From positions 622,165 to 686,164 of the forward strand of contig NW_003314263.1 of NCBI RefSeq assembly GCF_000143415.4: 64,000 nt of DNA, written 5' to 3'. Made by a program: the position numbers and the translations under genes. Below, in pieces: positions 1 to 11,643 of this stretch. How positions within the stretch are numbered: the first letter of the stretch is position 1; every line of letters starts with the position of its first letter. This stretch comes from Selaginella moellendorffii (taxonomy: Eukaryota > Plantae > Lycopodiophyta). A model generated the notes under the pieces. The model searched no databases and had not been told where the DNA came from. It was given only the letters and a program-made list of their open reading frames with translations.

Positions 1-1043
1 GCTGGGAGATGGTAAAGGCAGGGCGGAAGCGAACCAAGGCGGAGACGGAACCTCCTCCAGAGCTGGAGCCTTTGGTCGAACGAGAGGCTATGGATGAAGA
101 ATCCTTGCATGAGGAGGACTCTAGTGAAGGCTTGGTGTGCTTGGCTGCTTGTGCATGCGGGGAGTGTAGCCGAACCTTAAGTCCAATCTAACCTGGGAAG
201 GGGGATTGGGAGAGATTTGGGAATCCGTGGATGGATGGCTAACGCTCCATTACTCATGTAGTGAGTAGCTGAAACCAAGTAGGCCCAAGTAGGAGTTGGT
301 ACTATAGGCGGGAACCTTGGCAAGGGAACTTAGCAAAAGCCAAGGCAGTGTTGGACGGGTAGACAATGTAAACTGGCAAATTGGAAAGGAAAAATTTGTG
401 GCTTACAATTTGGTATCGGAGCCTTTTCCTCAGTTCTAGTGAAGGATGGAGGCAGATTGCTGGGAGATGGTAAAGGCAGGGCGGAAGCGAACCAAGGCGG
501 AGACGGAACCTCCTCCAGAGCTGGAGCCTTTGGTCGAACGAGAGGCTATGGATGAAGAATCCTTGCATGAGGAGGACTCTAGTGAAGGCTTGGTGTGCTT
601 GGCTGCTTGTGCATGCGGGGAGTGTAGCCGAACCTTAAGTCCAATCTAACCTGGGAAGGGGGATTGGGAGAGATTTGGGAATCCGTGGATGGATGGCTAA
701 CGCTCCATTACTCATGTAGTGAGTAGCTGAAACCAAGTAGGCCCAAGTAGGAGTTGGTACTATAGGCGGGAACCTTGGCAAGGGAACTTAGCAAAAGCCA
801 AGGCAGTGTTGGACGGGTAGACAATGTAAACTGGCAAATTGGAAAGGAAAAATTTGTGGCTTACAATTTGGTATCGGAGCCTTTTCCTCAGTTCTAGTGA
901 AGGATGGAGGCAGATTGCTGGGAGATGGTAAAGGCAGGGCGGAAGCGAACCAAGGCGGAGACGGAACCTCCTCCAGAGCTGGAGCCTTTGGTCGAACGAG
1001 AGGCTATGGATGAAGAATCCTTGCATGAGGAGGACTCTAGTGA
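1..1043 (+). repeat. 458-bp tandem duplication of the LTR 3' end, PBS and gag start (at least 2.3 copies)
   Basis: Position n matches n+458 across 1-1043; the junction CTAGTGA|AGGCTTGG joins gag back to LTR sequence. Confidence 0.93.
869..880 (+). promoter_or_regulatory. Primer binding site (tRNA-iMet type); duplicate at 411-422
   Basis: TGGTATCGGAGC lies 3 nt after the LTR-terminal CA. Confidence 0.9.
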
Positions 1044-4000
1044 GGAAACTTCCAAACAGGAGTCCGGTGGCGAGGTTCGGTCGTCCAAGGCTCGATTGGA
1101 CGTTCTAGAAAGACAGTTGGCACAGACCAATGCCCTGCTGGAGACTCTCATACGCAAGCTAAAGCGTGCCGAGAAGCGGAAGAAAAAGCGAAAGACTGCG
1201 AATGCTGGTAGCGCAGAAGGTGCAGACCCTTCGGTAGGGACTAAGGTAGAACCAAACAAGGTCGAACAGACCGAAGTGGAATTAGTCCCTCAAGCAGTTC
1301 CCAAGTACAAACCAAAGCCCTCACCGGTCTTCAAGGGAGTGAATGACTATAAGGTGGTGGAGGATTGGTTTTACGATATGGAGGACTATTTTTGAGCATT
1401 GCGATTACCGAGCTCGGAGAAGGTCCCATGTGCAAAACCATACTTGGCAGATAATGCCAAGTCTTGGTGGAGAACGACAGAGGCCAACGAAGGACCGGTG
1501 GCCACTTGGGACATAATGAAGGCAAGGATCCGCGCAACTTACGTTCCTCCGAATGCTACTCTGCATCTAAGAGACAAGCTAAGTAGGCTGAAGCAGACCG
1601 GAACCATTCATGAGTATGTGAATGGGTTTATGGCAAAGAGGATACTTGTCATGGACATGGAGGATATAGGTGCGTTCCATGCCTTCATATCAGGTTTGCA
1701 AACCTGGGCTCGCGGTGAGGTGATGCGTTGGAACCCGACCAACTACAAGGAAGCGTTGGATGCGGCCATCAAGGTGCATTTCAACGATAACTTGCAAAAG
1801 GGGAACGCGATGGGGTCGGGGTCCACATTTAGCAAAGGGGCCAAACCAAGGGGAACGTATAGCAAAGGGAAATTCAAGAAGAGTTTCTCTAAGAATGAGT
1901 CCTCGGGGTTCCGAAAAGGCAAATCCGGTGGCCAGCGAGCGAGTACATGGGGGAGTCAAGCAAAAAGAGACAAACCCACGGATAATAAGGTCAAGTCGTT
2001 TAGCAGGATGGGAAACAACGTATGCTACAACTGCGGTGAAGCGGGACACTTTTTGAGGGAATGTCCCTACCCAAAGAAGACCAGAGCCAATATGGCTATT
2101 AAGTCAGGTGAAGTCCAAACTGAGGTATGTGATCCAGTCCCTAGCTCAAAGTTACTCATTACACGAGCAACTTTGGTAGAGAGTCATTTGCGACATTTAC
2201 TAGCCCTCCGAGGGAAGCTCGGGGGTAGCTTTGTTAAGATCCTTATTGACACGGGTGCTTCAGATAATTTTGTGGCTGCAAACATAGTCCGGCAAGCCGG
2301 ACTAACGGTGCAGCAGCTGGGCGAACCAAGGACTATAGAGTTTGTTCAAGGTAGCCAAAGCACCGATGAGGTACTTCGACAAGCGAGAGTCGAAGTAGGG
2401 ACTTGGAAAGTAGACATGGATTTCACCATGTTGGACATGGCGGGATTTGACGTGATCTTCGGGATGGATTGGTTCAATCGGTTCGTGGTAGCTCTGCATG
2501 GACAAGGTAGGAACCTTGTGGTACTAGCGAATGCCCAAGGAAGAAGATCTAGGGTGGAAGCTCAGGATCTAAATGTAGGGCAACGCAAGGCCAAAGATTC
2601 GTGCCTAAACCTGGTGTCCACGAGGGGACAACTCACTAAAGGGACCAAGGCTGCATTTTTGTGCTTACTCTCAGTGAGGAGTGACAAAAAGACAGGAACG
2701 GAAGAAGTACCTTTAGTGATTCAGCGGGTGTTGGACCAATTCCAGGATACCATGCCAGAGGAGCTACCGGCGGGGTTTCCCCCCACACGACTGATAGAAC
2801 ATAAGATTGAGCTAGTCGAGGGTGTTGAGGTAGTGGTTCGTCCCCCCTATCATTTGAACAAAAAAGAACTCGTAGAGCTCAAGCGCCAACTAGAGGAGTT
2901 GGTGGACAAAAGGTATGTTAGGTTGAGCAAGTCGCCGTATGGGGCACCGGTGTTATTTGTGAAAAAGAAAGATGGATCTATGCACATATGCATAGATTAC
3001 CGGTTGCTCAACAAATATACAAAGAAGAACAAGTACCCTTTGCCAAGGATTGAGGACCTGTTCGATAGGTTGGGAAAGGCAAAATACTTCTCGAGGATTG
3101 ACTTAAGGTTAGGATACTACCAGATTAGGGTAGCAGAGGAAGATGTCGAGAAGACAACCTGTCGAACGAGGTATGGGAGCTTCGAGTTTCTGGTGATGCC
3201 CTTCGGGCTATGCAATGCGCCAGCAATGTTTTCGGCGATGATGAACCATATCTTTGTACCCTATCTAGATCACTTTGTGGTCGTCTATATTGACGACATC
3301 CTGATCTATAGCGAAACGCTAGAGGAGCATGCCAAACACTTGACGAAGATGTTTGAGAAACTAAGGGAACACCAACTGTATGCTAAAGAGAGCAAATGTG
3401 ACTTTGCTCAGCAAAAAGTAAAGTTTCTCGGGCATGTGGTGGGCAAAGACGGGCTCAAGGTGGACTCTGAGAAGGTTCAAGCGATCCAGGATTGGGAGCA
3501 ACCATCAAATGTACACAAGTTAAGGGCATTCTTGGGGCTATGCAACTATTATCGAAAGTTTATCAGACACTATTCGAGAGTAGCCCTGCCCTTAACAGAC
3601 CAAACGGGAAAAGGGAAGATGGTATGGACAGCGGAATGCGAGGTGGCATTCGTCCACCTCAAGGGGAAGTTGAGGAAGGCTCTCGTGTTGACGTTACCAG
3701 ACTTTGGTAAGGACTTTGAGGTAGAAACGGATGTTTCAGACTTTGCGTTGAGCGCAGTTTTGAAGCAAAACAATCATCCAGTAGCGTTCTTCTCGAAGAA
3801 GTTGGACAAGGCTCAACGGAAGTGGCCTGCCCATGAGAAGGAATTGTTTGTGATGGTCAAGGCACTCAAGGAGTGGCAACACTACCTTGGGAGACACTTC
3901 AAAGTTTACACGGACAATGTGGCAATGAAACACTTCTTGTCATAGCCCGACCTGAGGGGAAAACAAGGTCGGTGGGCCAATGCTTTGGCCGAGTTTGATT

Positions 4001-4798
4001 GCGAGATTCTATACAAGCCTGGGAAGAGCAACATCGTGGCAGATGTGCTAAGTCAAAAAGCAAGCTTGAAGTTGGCGATATCTAGCGCGACAACAACCTT
4101 TTGGGATGATGTGCGGACTGTATATGAGAACGATGGTCTAGCACAAGAAGTGTTGCTGAGGAATCTAGAGGCACGGGAAGCTCACTAGAGAGGTGAGCTG
4201 CCAAAGGAAGAGAAAACGGGCTATGCGGAACGCAACAGACTCATATATTATAAGCAAACAAGGGTGTATGTTCCAGAAGGGGAACTAAGGAAGGTAGCCT
4301 TAGAAGAGTGTTATGACGGACCTCTTGCGGGACACGGTGGAGTGCCCAAGACAATGGGCTTACTCAAGAGGAAGTACCACTGGCAAGATATGGCTAAGAA
4401 TGTCCAAGACTATGTAAAGACATGTCCAACATGTCAGCAGGTCAAAGCTGTGACTAAAGCTAGTGGGGGCTTGTTACAAAGCATCCCAATTCCAGATCAT
4501 CCGTGGAAATGTTTTACGATGGATTTCATCACGGGACTCCTTCTAAGCGAGGGGTTCGATGCGATATTCGTGGTGGTGGATCGATTTTCGAAGATGGCAC
4601 ATTTCATACCCACCACAACGGAAGTGGATGCAGAAGGTGTGGCGAAGCTATTCTTCGAACAAGTGGTTCGAGTGCGGGGAAGGCTAGAAGAGATTATCTC
4701 AGATCGAGATAAGATCTTCACCAGTAGGTTCTGGAGAACACTCCAGAAACAGTATCGCACCAAGTTGAAATTCAGCACAACCTATCACTCATAGACAG

Positions 4799-4845
4799 GT
4801 AATGGGTATTAAGTCAAGTTTGATGGCACTAACACTTCTTGACAG
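4799..4845 (+). other. Predicted 47-nt spliceosomal intron in the integrase core
   Basis: GTAATG...CACTAAC...TTGACAG; removal restores (HPQ)T-DGQTERVN in frame. Confidence 0.85.
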
Positions 4846-5263
4846 ACGGACAAACGGAAAGGGTGAATAAGCAGCTGGAGGATTATTTGCGATGCTATGT
4901 CTCGGGAGACTAGACCGATTGGGCAAGTCATTTGGGACTTGCGGAAATGTGTTATAACAACTCACCACATTCGAGCATTGGGGTGAGTCCATGGGAAGTC
5001 ATCAATGGGCGAGCTATTGAAGGTCCAGTGAAACTCGGCGTGGCCGAGTATCATGGAGAGTTACCCGCAGTGGAGGCATTCACGGCGGAAAGACTCAACA
5101 TTTGGAATCTAGTGAGGGATTCCTTGGAACGGGCTCAACAAAGGCAAACCAAGTACGCGAACTAGAAGTGCCGGGATGTAGAGTTCCAAGCTGGGAAGAA
5201 GGTGTGGCTGAACACCAAGAACCTCAGGCTACCAAGTGGGATCAGCCGAAAGTTGACCCAAAG

Positions 5264-5315
5264 GTAAAAATGCATGTATGCCTATAAATGAATTGATCTT
5301 GAGTTCCTTAAGCAG
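5264..5315 (+). other. Predicted 52-nt spliceosomal intron before the integrase GPY motif
   Basis: AG|GTAAAA...AAGCAG|G; removal restores RKLTQR-FAGPYEI in frame. Confidence 0.85.
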
Positions 5316-6097
5316 GTTTGCGGGGCCTTATGAGATTGAGGCTCGAATCGGTAAAGTGGCTTACTGTCTCCGACTTCCTCGAGAGATGGGGAAGATGCAC
5401 CCCATGTTCCACGTGAACTTACTCAAGCCGTATTTTGAGGATCTGCTTCGCAAGGACCAAGTAAGACCTTTACCTGAGGTTATCCAAGGGGAAGAGGAAT
5501 ACGAAGTTGAGGCCATCCTCAATGCGTGCAAGAGCAAGCGACAAAAACGCGAGGTGAGAGAGTTCCATGTGAAGTGGAAAGGATTTCCACACTACGAAGC
5601 AACATGAGAACCAGAGGAGAACCTAGCGAATGCGAGGTCTAGTGGAGGAATTTCTGCAAAGCAGAACTCTATGTACTTATGCAAAGTTCAATTAAAGTAT
5701 CAATCTGTGAAGTTGAGCAATGGCATATGTTGGGACCCAAAGGCGCACCGAAGGTAAGCTAATTAACATGGGTTAGCTAGGTCGACCAGGCGTAGGGAAC
5801 TATGCCCAACTCCCTATGGGGATGTTGAATCCGTAGATGTATTTTATAGAGGTTGGGTTCGAGTCCCAACCCCCTAGTAAAGCAAGGCTGGGTTCAAGTC
5901 CTAACCCCATGCTAGGGCATGGTGAGATGAGGAGTATAGGGACACCTATATTCCGTTGTCATAGGCTCTTGGCCGGAGAGGCTAACTTAGGCACACCGCT
6001 AAGTGGGGGGATGCCCCCGGAGACATGGTCAACAAGTTGTAGGATAAAAAAGAAACGTTCGATGTGGGCATTGAACTTCTTTTATAGGTGGTGGAGT

Positions 6098-7255
6098 TGT
6101 AAGGAACCAACTCACCAAAGTGTCGTAGGCTAAAGGATCCTCGAAAGCATGACCAAAATGACAAAGAGTTCATCGGATGGGACCGAGTCGAAGATCGAGT
6201 CCAAGACCGACTCTGAGACCGAGTTCAAGATAGAGTCTGGGATTGAGTTCGAGGTTGAATCGGAGACCGAGTTCGAGACCGAGTTCGAGACAGAGTCCGA
6301 GATCCAAATCAGGTCCAAGACCGAGTCCGAGGTCGAGTCCGAAGTCGTGTCCGAGATCGGGTTTGAGATCGCGTCCAAGATCACATCCGAGATCGAGTCC
6401 GAGACCGAGTTCGAAGTCGGGTTCGAGATCGAGTCCAAGATCGAGTCCGAGACCGAGTCCGAGTACTAATACAGGTCAAGGGGTGAAAGCCCAAAGTGTG
6501 CGTCTCTCGGGGGGGGGGGGGGCTGCAGGGGCTTCCAAAAGTATGGTAGGGATAGTGAGGTCTAGGAACCAGTCTTGAAGGAACTCTCCAGTGGTGCTTC
6601 CAAACTGACTTGAGGTTGAGACTAGGGTCGAGGGGCCTTGGGTGGGAGTGAGCAGGGACTTGGGTGGTGTCGGAGGGGCCACCCCAAGAAGTGCTCAAGA
6701 GCAGATCCCACTCCCGAAAGGGAAACCGACTACGGTGCTCCCGGCTCATGTGGAGTGGTGTCCCACTTGAGTACCATGCGGCTCATTGGTCCTCGCCCTT
6801 CTTAGGGGCTTGGGCCTTCCTTCGAGATGGAAGTGGGGGGGTAGAGGTACCCATACCGGGCCTTAGGCCACGGTGTTTCACCCCGGCGTCCCGAAGCAAG
6901 TGTTGCACCTAAGACTTGGGATTTAGCGGGTCCCATGATCAGGTCTTGTGGTACCAAGGGGTGTTAGAAACCTGAAGGCTTGGTGTGTTTGGTTGCTTGT
7001 GCCTGCGGGGAGTGTAGCCGAACCATAAGTCCAGTCTAACCTGGGGAGGGGGATTGAGAGAGATTTGGGAATCCGTGGATGGATGGCTAACACTCCATTG
7101 CTCGTGCAATGAGTAGCTGAAACCAAGTAGGCCTAAGTAGGAGCTGGTACCATAGGCGGGAACCTTGGCGAAGGAACTTAGCAAAAGCCAAGGCAGTGTT
7201 GGACGGGTAGACGAGGTAAGCTGGCAAATTGGAAAGGAAAAATTTGTGGCTTACA
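6098..7255 (+). repeat. 3' LTR of the chromovirus, with a degenerate 6/12-bp tandem array at about 6180-6465
   Basis: TG...CA termini, preceded by PPT AGGTGGTGGAGT; 3' end matches 128-407. Confidence 0.93.
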
Positions 7256-9000
7256 CTATGAGGCTAGGACTTTACAAGTTGTCAAATTAACAAAGTCGAA
7301 AAGTTAAATGACTCATGTAAAGTCAAAGAATGGTCCTAAAGGATTGGTGGAAACATTTAGACTAAGGTGTGTTGTACTTTATAAAAGATAGGGAGGATTA
7401 TGAGATCCAAGTATAAGAATAGTGGGTATCTCATTGATGGCAAAATATGCTATACTAAAGTCATGGAAAAAGTGTTCTTGGAAGAAAGCAACTTTGACAT
7501 AGAATTATATATGAACACTATAGTGCAGTATGAGAAACGACTATTATGGTTTTAGCAAAACATAGACACAATTGAAAAGTGTCGTGAGAGTATGCTCGTG
7601 GAGCTAATAGGGTGAAGACTCTAAGTGTCTCAAGGGATGATGTCTTGAAGTCAAGTTTGTTAGTTTATAAAAAACCCTTGCCAAAGGAATCCTAATGGAA
7701 ATAAGATTGGCATAACCTAAGTTGGAAGATATGCAATTCGAATGTATTGACCCAAATAATGATGGAGGTGTGAAAGCATTAGCAATGAGTTGTAGAATAT
7801 GATAACTATGAAGTAATTAAGCAAAGGTTTGGAATAATTTGTTGGAGCTAACTTCCTGAGACTTCTTGGTTAGACAAGAAAGAGGTTAGGTATATATCTC
7901 TTGGGGGATAAATGGCTTATATTGTGATATAGTGAATCAATGTCGTAAAAAGAAATGCTCATTGTCAAAGAAGGCCATTATTAGGACAATTAAACACTTT
8001 AAAACACCCAAAAAGTGGTGTTTGGTATCATGAGGGCATTGGATAAAGCCCAAGGGATTAAGTCCTTAGTAAAAAATGGATAGAAGGTGCTATCTAATAT
8101 TCAAGGTTGCAGTCTATCTGAATTGGACAAAGCGAAAAAGATTTTGGCTTTGCTAGTGATAGGTATACAAAGGTCCATGAGTAGCAATATTAATTCCGGT
8201 GTGTGGAATTACAAGGTGAGCATATCTAGATTGAAGAACCACTCTTTAAGCTATCAAGTAGGTTTATCTCTAAGAATACTTACTAAGGCATGGGAGAAAG
8301 TGCAAAACTATCCTTCTAGCCTATAGAAGAATAATCGAAGGGAATATATAAAGCCAAAAAGTAAGTAGTAAAAGGATAGAATTGAAGTATAAGAGTCAAA
8401 AGGCATAGCAAATAATGGTTATGAAAGTGGGAGTGGAAAATCAAGTGGTGCTCAAATGTATTACTACTGGTAACTGTGGTCCCATGAAGAGTCTAAAATA
8501 TAGAATTACCCATACTAAACCATATGGCAATTAAGAAGCTTGCGAAAGAAGAAGTCTTAGCAAGCTAAGGGACAAAAGTCCCTTCAAGGTTTTTAAAGAC
8601 TATTTTAGGTAAGTTAGTACCTAGAAAGAAATAATTAAAGTGGCAAAGTATAAGCATAGTCTTGAAGTTTGCTATGAGGCGAGGTTATCAAGGTTGGGGA
8701 ATTAGCTCCTAAGTGTTCAAACAGATGGCTTTGAATGACTACCAATATGACAAGGGTGAATGAGTATGGCCTTAGCGTAATGGGCTAATATGTCAGTGGT
8801 ACCTTTGGGTTTAGGTCATGGGATTGGACATATGGAGCACTTGGACCAAATGCAAAGGCTAAGTGGCATGGATGCCATTCACGGGGTTAACATGTCCCAA
8901 GTCAGGAATAGAAGTTATGGAGGTTGTGAGAAAAACTCCTCTTAGTGGTCAAAGGCATAGTTAAATGACTAAACTAAAATGGAAAATTTAGTCGCTTACA
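7256..9000 (+). mobile_element. Old degenerate fragment of the non-autonomous LTR family (internal region plus LTR 3' end)
   Basis: Similar to 30920-31050, 38390-39040 and 42725-43480; ends in GGAAAATTTAGTCGCTTACA at 9000. Confidence 0.8.
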
Positions 9001-11201
9001 CTACCCCTTTGACCATTTGGAGGAGTCTCACTCACGAACTCCATAAATCTTATTCCTGACTTGAGGACATACTAATGTCGTGAATGGCATCTATGCTAGT
9101 CAGCCTTTGCACTTGGTCCAAGTGCTCCACATGTTCGATCCTATGACTGACACCCAAAGGTACCATCGATATATCAGCCTATTATGCTAAGACTATACCC
9201 ATTCACCCTTGTCATATTAATAGTCCAAGACCATCTACATCATAGTCCCATCTTTTAAAGATTGGGCCATCCATCCATGAGTGGTCATCCCTTGACCACA
9301 CCTTAGCACCCTTAAGATGCCTGGAGATATAGGGAACCCTTTCCTAATGTCCCTTCTTCAGCCCTACTAAGTCCCTCTTCATCAACTGTCATGCTGCCAA
9401 CACCACCACTGGGTCACCACTAAATCCCACAGTCCTTTAGAACTTCCTTACCATGTGACCGTATCCTTAATCACTATACCAAAGGATTATTCCTCTTCAT
9501 TTCCACAGTCTGGGACTTTGGGATGATATTTCAAAACACTGTGGCTCTACACAAATCTCGTGGGTACTCTCCCCACCTTCCACCCTTAGGTGCCCTAGCC
9601 ATGTGGCTAAAGTGAGGTTTCGATGAGCCATGCTAGGTAGTGCCACCTACACTTGAATTGGGAGCATCGACCATTTGATCTCCTAGGGGAGCTAGAGTTA
9701 GCTCTTGAACACTTCACCAAGTTACCCCACTTGTCTGTCCGTATTTACTTTAGCCTTGGACTCCTTAGTAGTTATATTATCACTCACTATATAGGTATAA
9801 CCTTCCTTGGTCACACTGGCCTTTCCTAGCCAAATTGGCTCTACTAGAGTCCTCCCCCCTACTATACTTTTGGGGCTCACCAAACCCCTTAGGGTTTGGG
9901 AGACAATCGCTTTAGGCTTTCACCCTTGGACTCGGACTCGGACTTGGACTCGGTCTCAGACTCGAACTTGGACTTGGTCTCAGTTTTGGTCTCGGCCTCG
10001 ACCTTAGACTCCATCTTAGGTCCATCTTAGACTCGGCCTCGGACTCTATCTTGGGTCCATCTCAAACTCCACCTCGGGCTCTATCTTGGGTCCATCTCAA
10101 ACTCCACCTCGAGCTCTATCTTGGGTCCATCTCAAACTCCATCTTGGGTCTATCTTGGACTTTATCTCGGGTCCATCTTAGACTCTATCTTGGGTCTATC
10201 TCGGACTCCATTTTGGACTCCATTTCGAGTCCATCTTGGACTCAATCTCAAGTCCATCTTGGACTCCATCTCGGTCTCCTTTTTAGACCTGTTCATGACA
10301 CTTCCATATATATCATGACATTTGCCATGTGTCAGTCCTTCTTGTGTCCCTTGTTAAAGACTCATTCACTGATTGTTTCATGCTCATTCCTTGAGCATTT
10401 TGTTTAGAGTTCCACTCCTGCTCTCGACTTTCTAAGTCAAAACTTTTGGTCCAAACATGTTATGCTTGTTAAACTTCCACTTTAACCATTACCATATGGC
10501 ACCTTTTTGGCTCCATTTTGGGACTTAGGGATTTATATTTCACAACTCCACCACCTATAGATAAAGTTCAATGTCCTTATTGAACATTATACCATTTTAT
10601 AAAGTAACCCCATCATGGATTACTATTTTCCTTAGGACTAAGCCAATATGTTCAACATTAAAGGCTCATCATGCTTTTCCCACCCTCTAAGGAGCATAGT
10701 CTTTTTAGCTTAGAGACTCATTTGATCACATGTAGTGGTTCTTCCCCTATATTTATTTAGTTCTCGAAAACTTGTTAGAAATACCTTCTTTATCTCAATC
10801 CTATTATTCATTCCTGAGTAATTTTAGCTTCTATCAACATAATCATCACACTTTGGAACTTTAATTTTAACTTCTCAAGTCAATTTCCTAGGTGTCTCTA
10901 ACACCTTGCATTGCACATATTATGCAAACTCCACTTCCCCATCTTAGGAAGTTATTTACTTGAAGGCACCATCATCTTTTCTTCTATTTTGTGCCACAAT
11001 TGGCACTAAGTTCCATTTATCCATAATTTATACTAAAGCTGTCCACAGCCTTATCATTTGGATACCTTGTCGCTCCCTCTCTTGGAGCTTTCACTTTCAC
11101 CAAATTGGAATATTTGGGAATCCATCTTTGGAAATATATTTTTTTTCTCACAATCCGTTAGCATTTAATACATGAGTGTTCATTACCTAACTTTGCCATT
11201 T

Positions 11202-11225
11202 AAGCTCTATTTCGTTAAAGTGGGA
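11202..11225 (+). repeat. Left TIR
   Basis: Exact reverse complement of 25627-25650. Confidence 0.95.
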
Positions 11226-11643
11226 ATTGTCATTATCCCACTTGTAAAATAAGGTTTCCAAACCTTTATATAGTATATAAATATAACAAAATTCAACTGC
11301 ATTGAGGCACATGCCATTTTATTTTAAACAAGGAAATGTCTACTCAATCACTTCTCCTCCCCCTGCCACTGCTTCACCTCTCTCTTCTCCTTGTCATCGT
11401 CGTCCAATTTTTTTCCATCCTTTTAATATTGGCTCAGTTGCTCCGAGTTTAGGTGGAGCCCAAGTCCCCATTCAATCTTTACTTTCCCCTTATTAATAAA
11501 ACAACTTCGTAGACTTCCAATAACATGCTGTAACACTTCTAGTATAATGCAAATCCTCTCAAAGAATTGTCTTTTAATATTAATACAATGGCATGGAACC
11601 CCATGCCATAATAAGTTACATTTTTAAATAAATACATGCCATC

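Larger units (their letters stand above)
904..5640 (+). pseudogene. gag-pol polyprotein with in-frame stops and two introns in the integrase
   Basis: Zinc knuckle [14 protein letters not shown], protease LIDTGA, RT YIDDIL, RNase H TDVSDFA, integrase HHCC region and MDFITGL, GPY motif, chromodomain EYEVEAIL..VKWKGF; stops at 1393, 3943, 4186, 4792, 5163 and 5605 are mostly CGA>TGA, CAG>TAG or TGG>TGA changes. Confidence 0.95.
1..7255 (+). mobile_element. Ty3/Gypsy chromovirus LTR retrotransposon (decayed; 5' LTR truncated by the window edge and tandemly duplicated)
   Basis: LTR end ...GGCTTACA at 407 and 865, each followed by PBS TGGTATCGGAGC; gag-PR-RT-RH-INT-chromodomain order; PPT at 6086-6097; 3' LTR 6098-7255 with TGTAAG...CTTACA termini. 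Confidence 0.96.
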
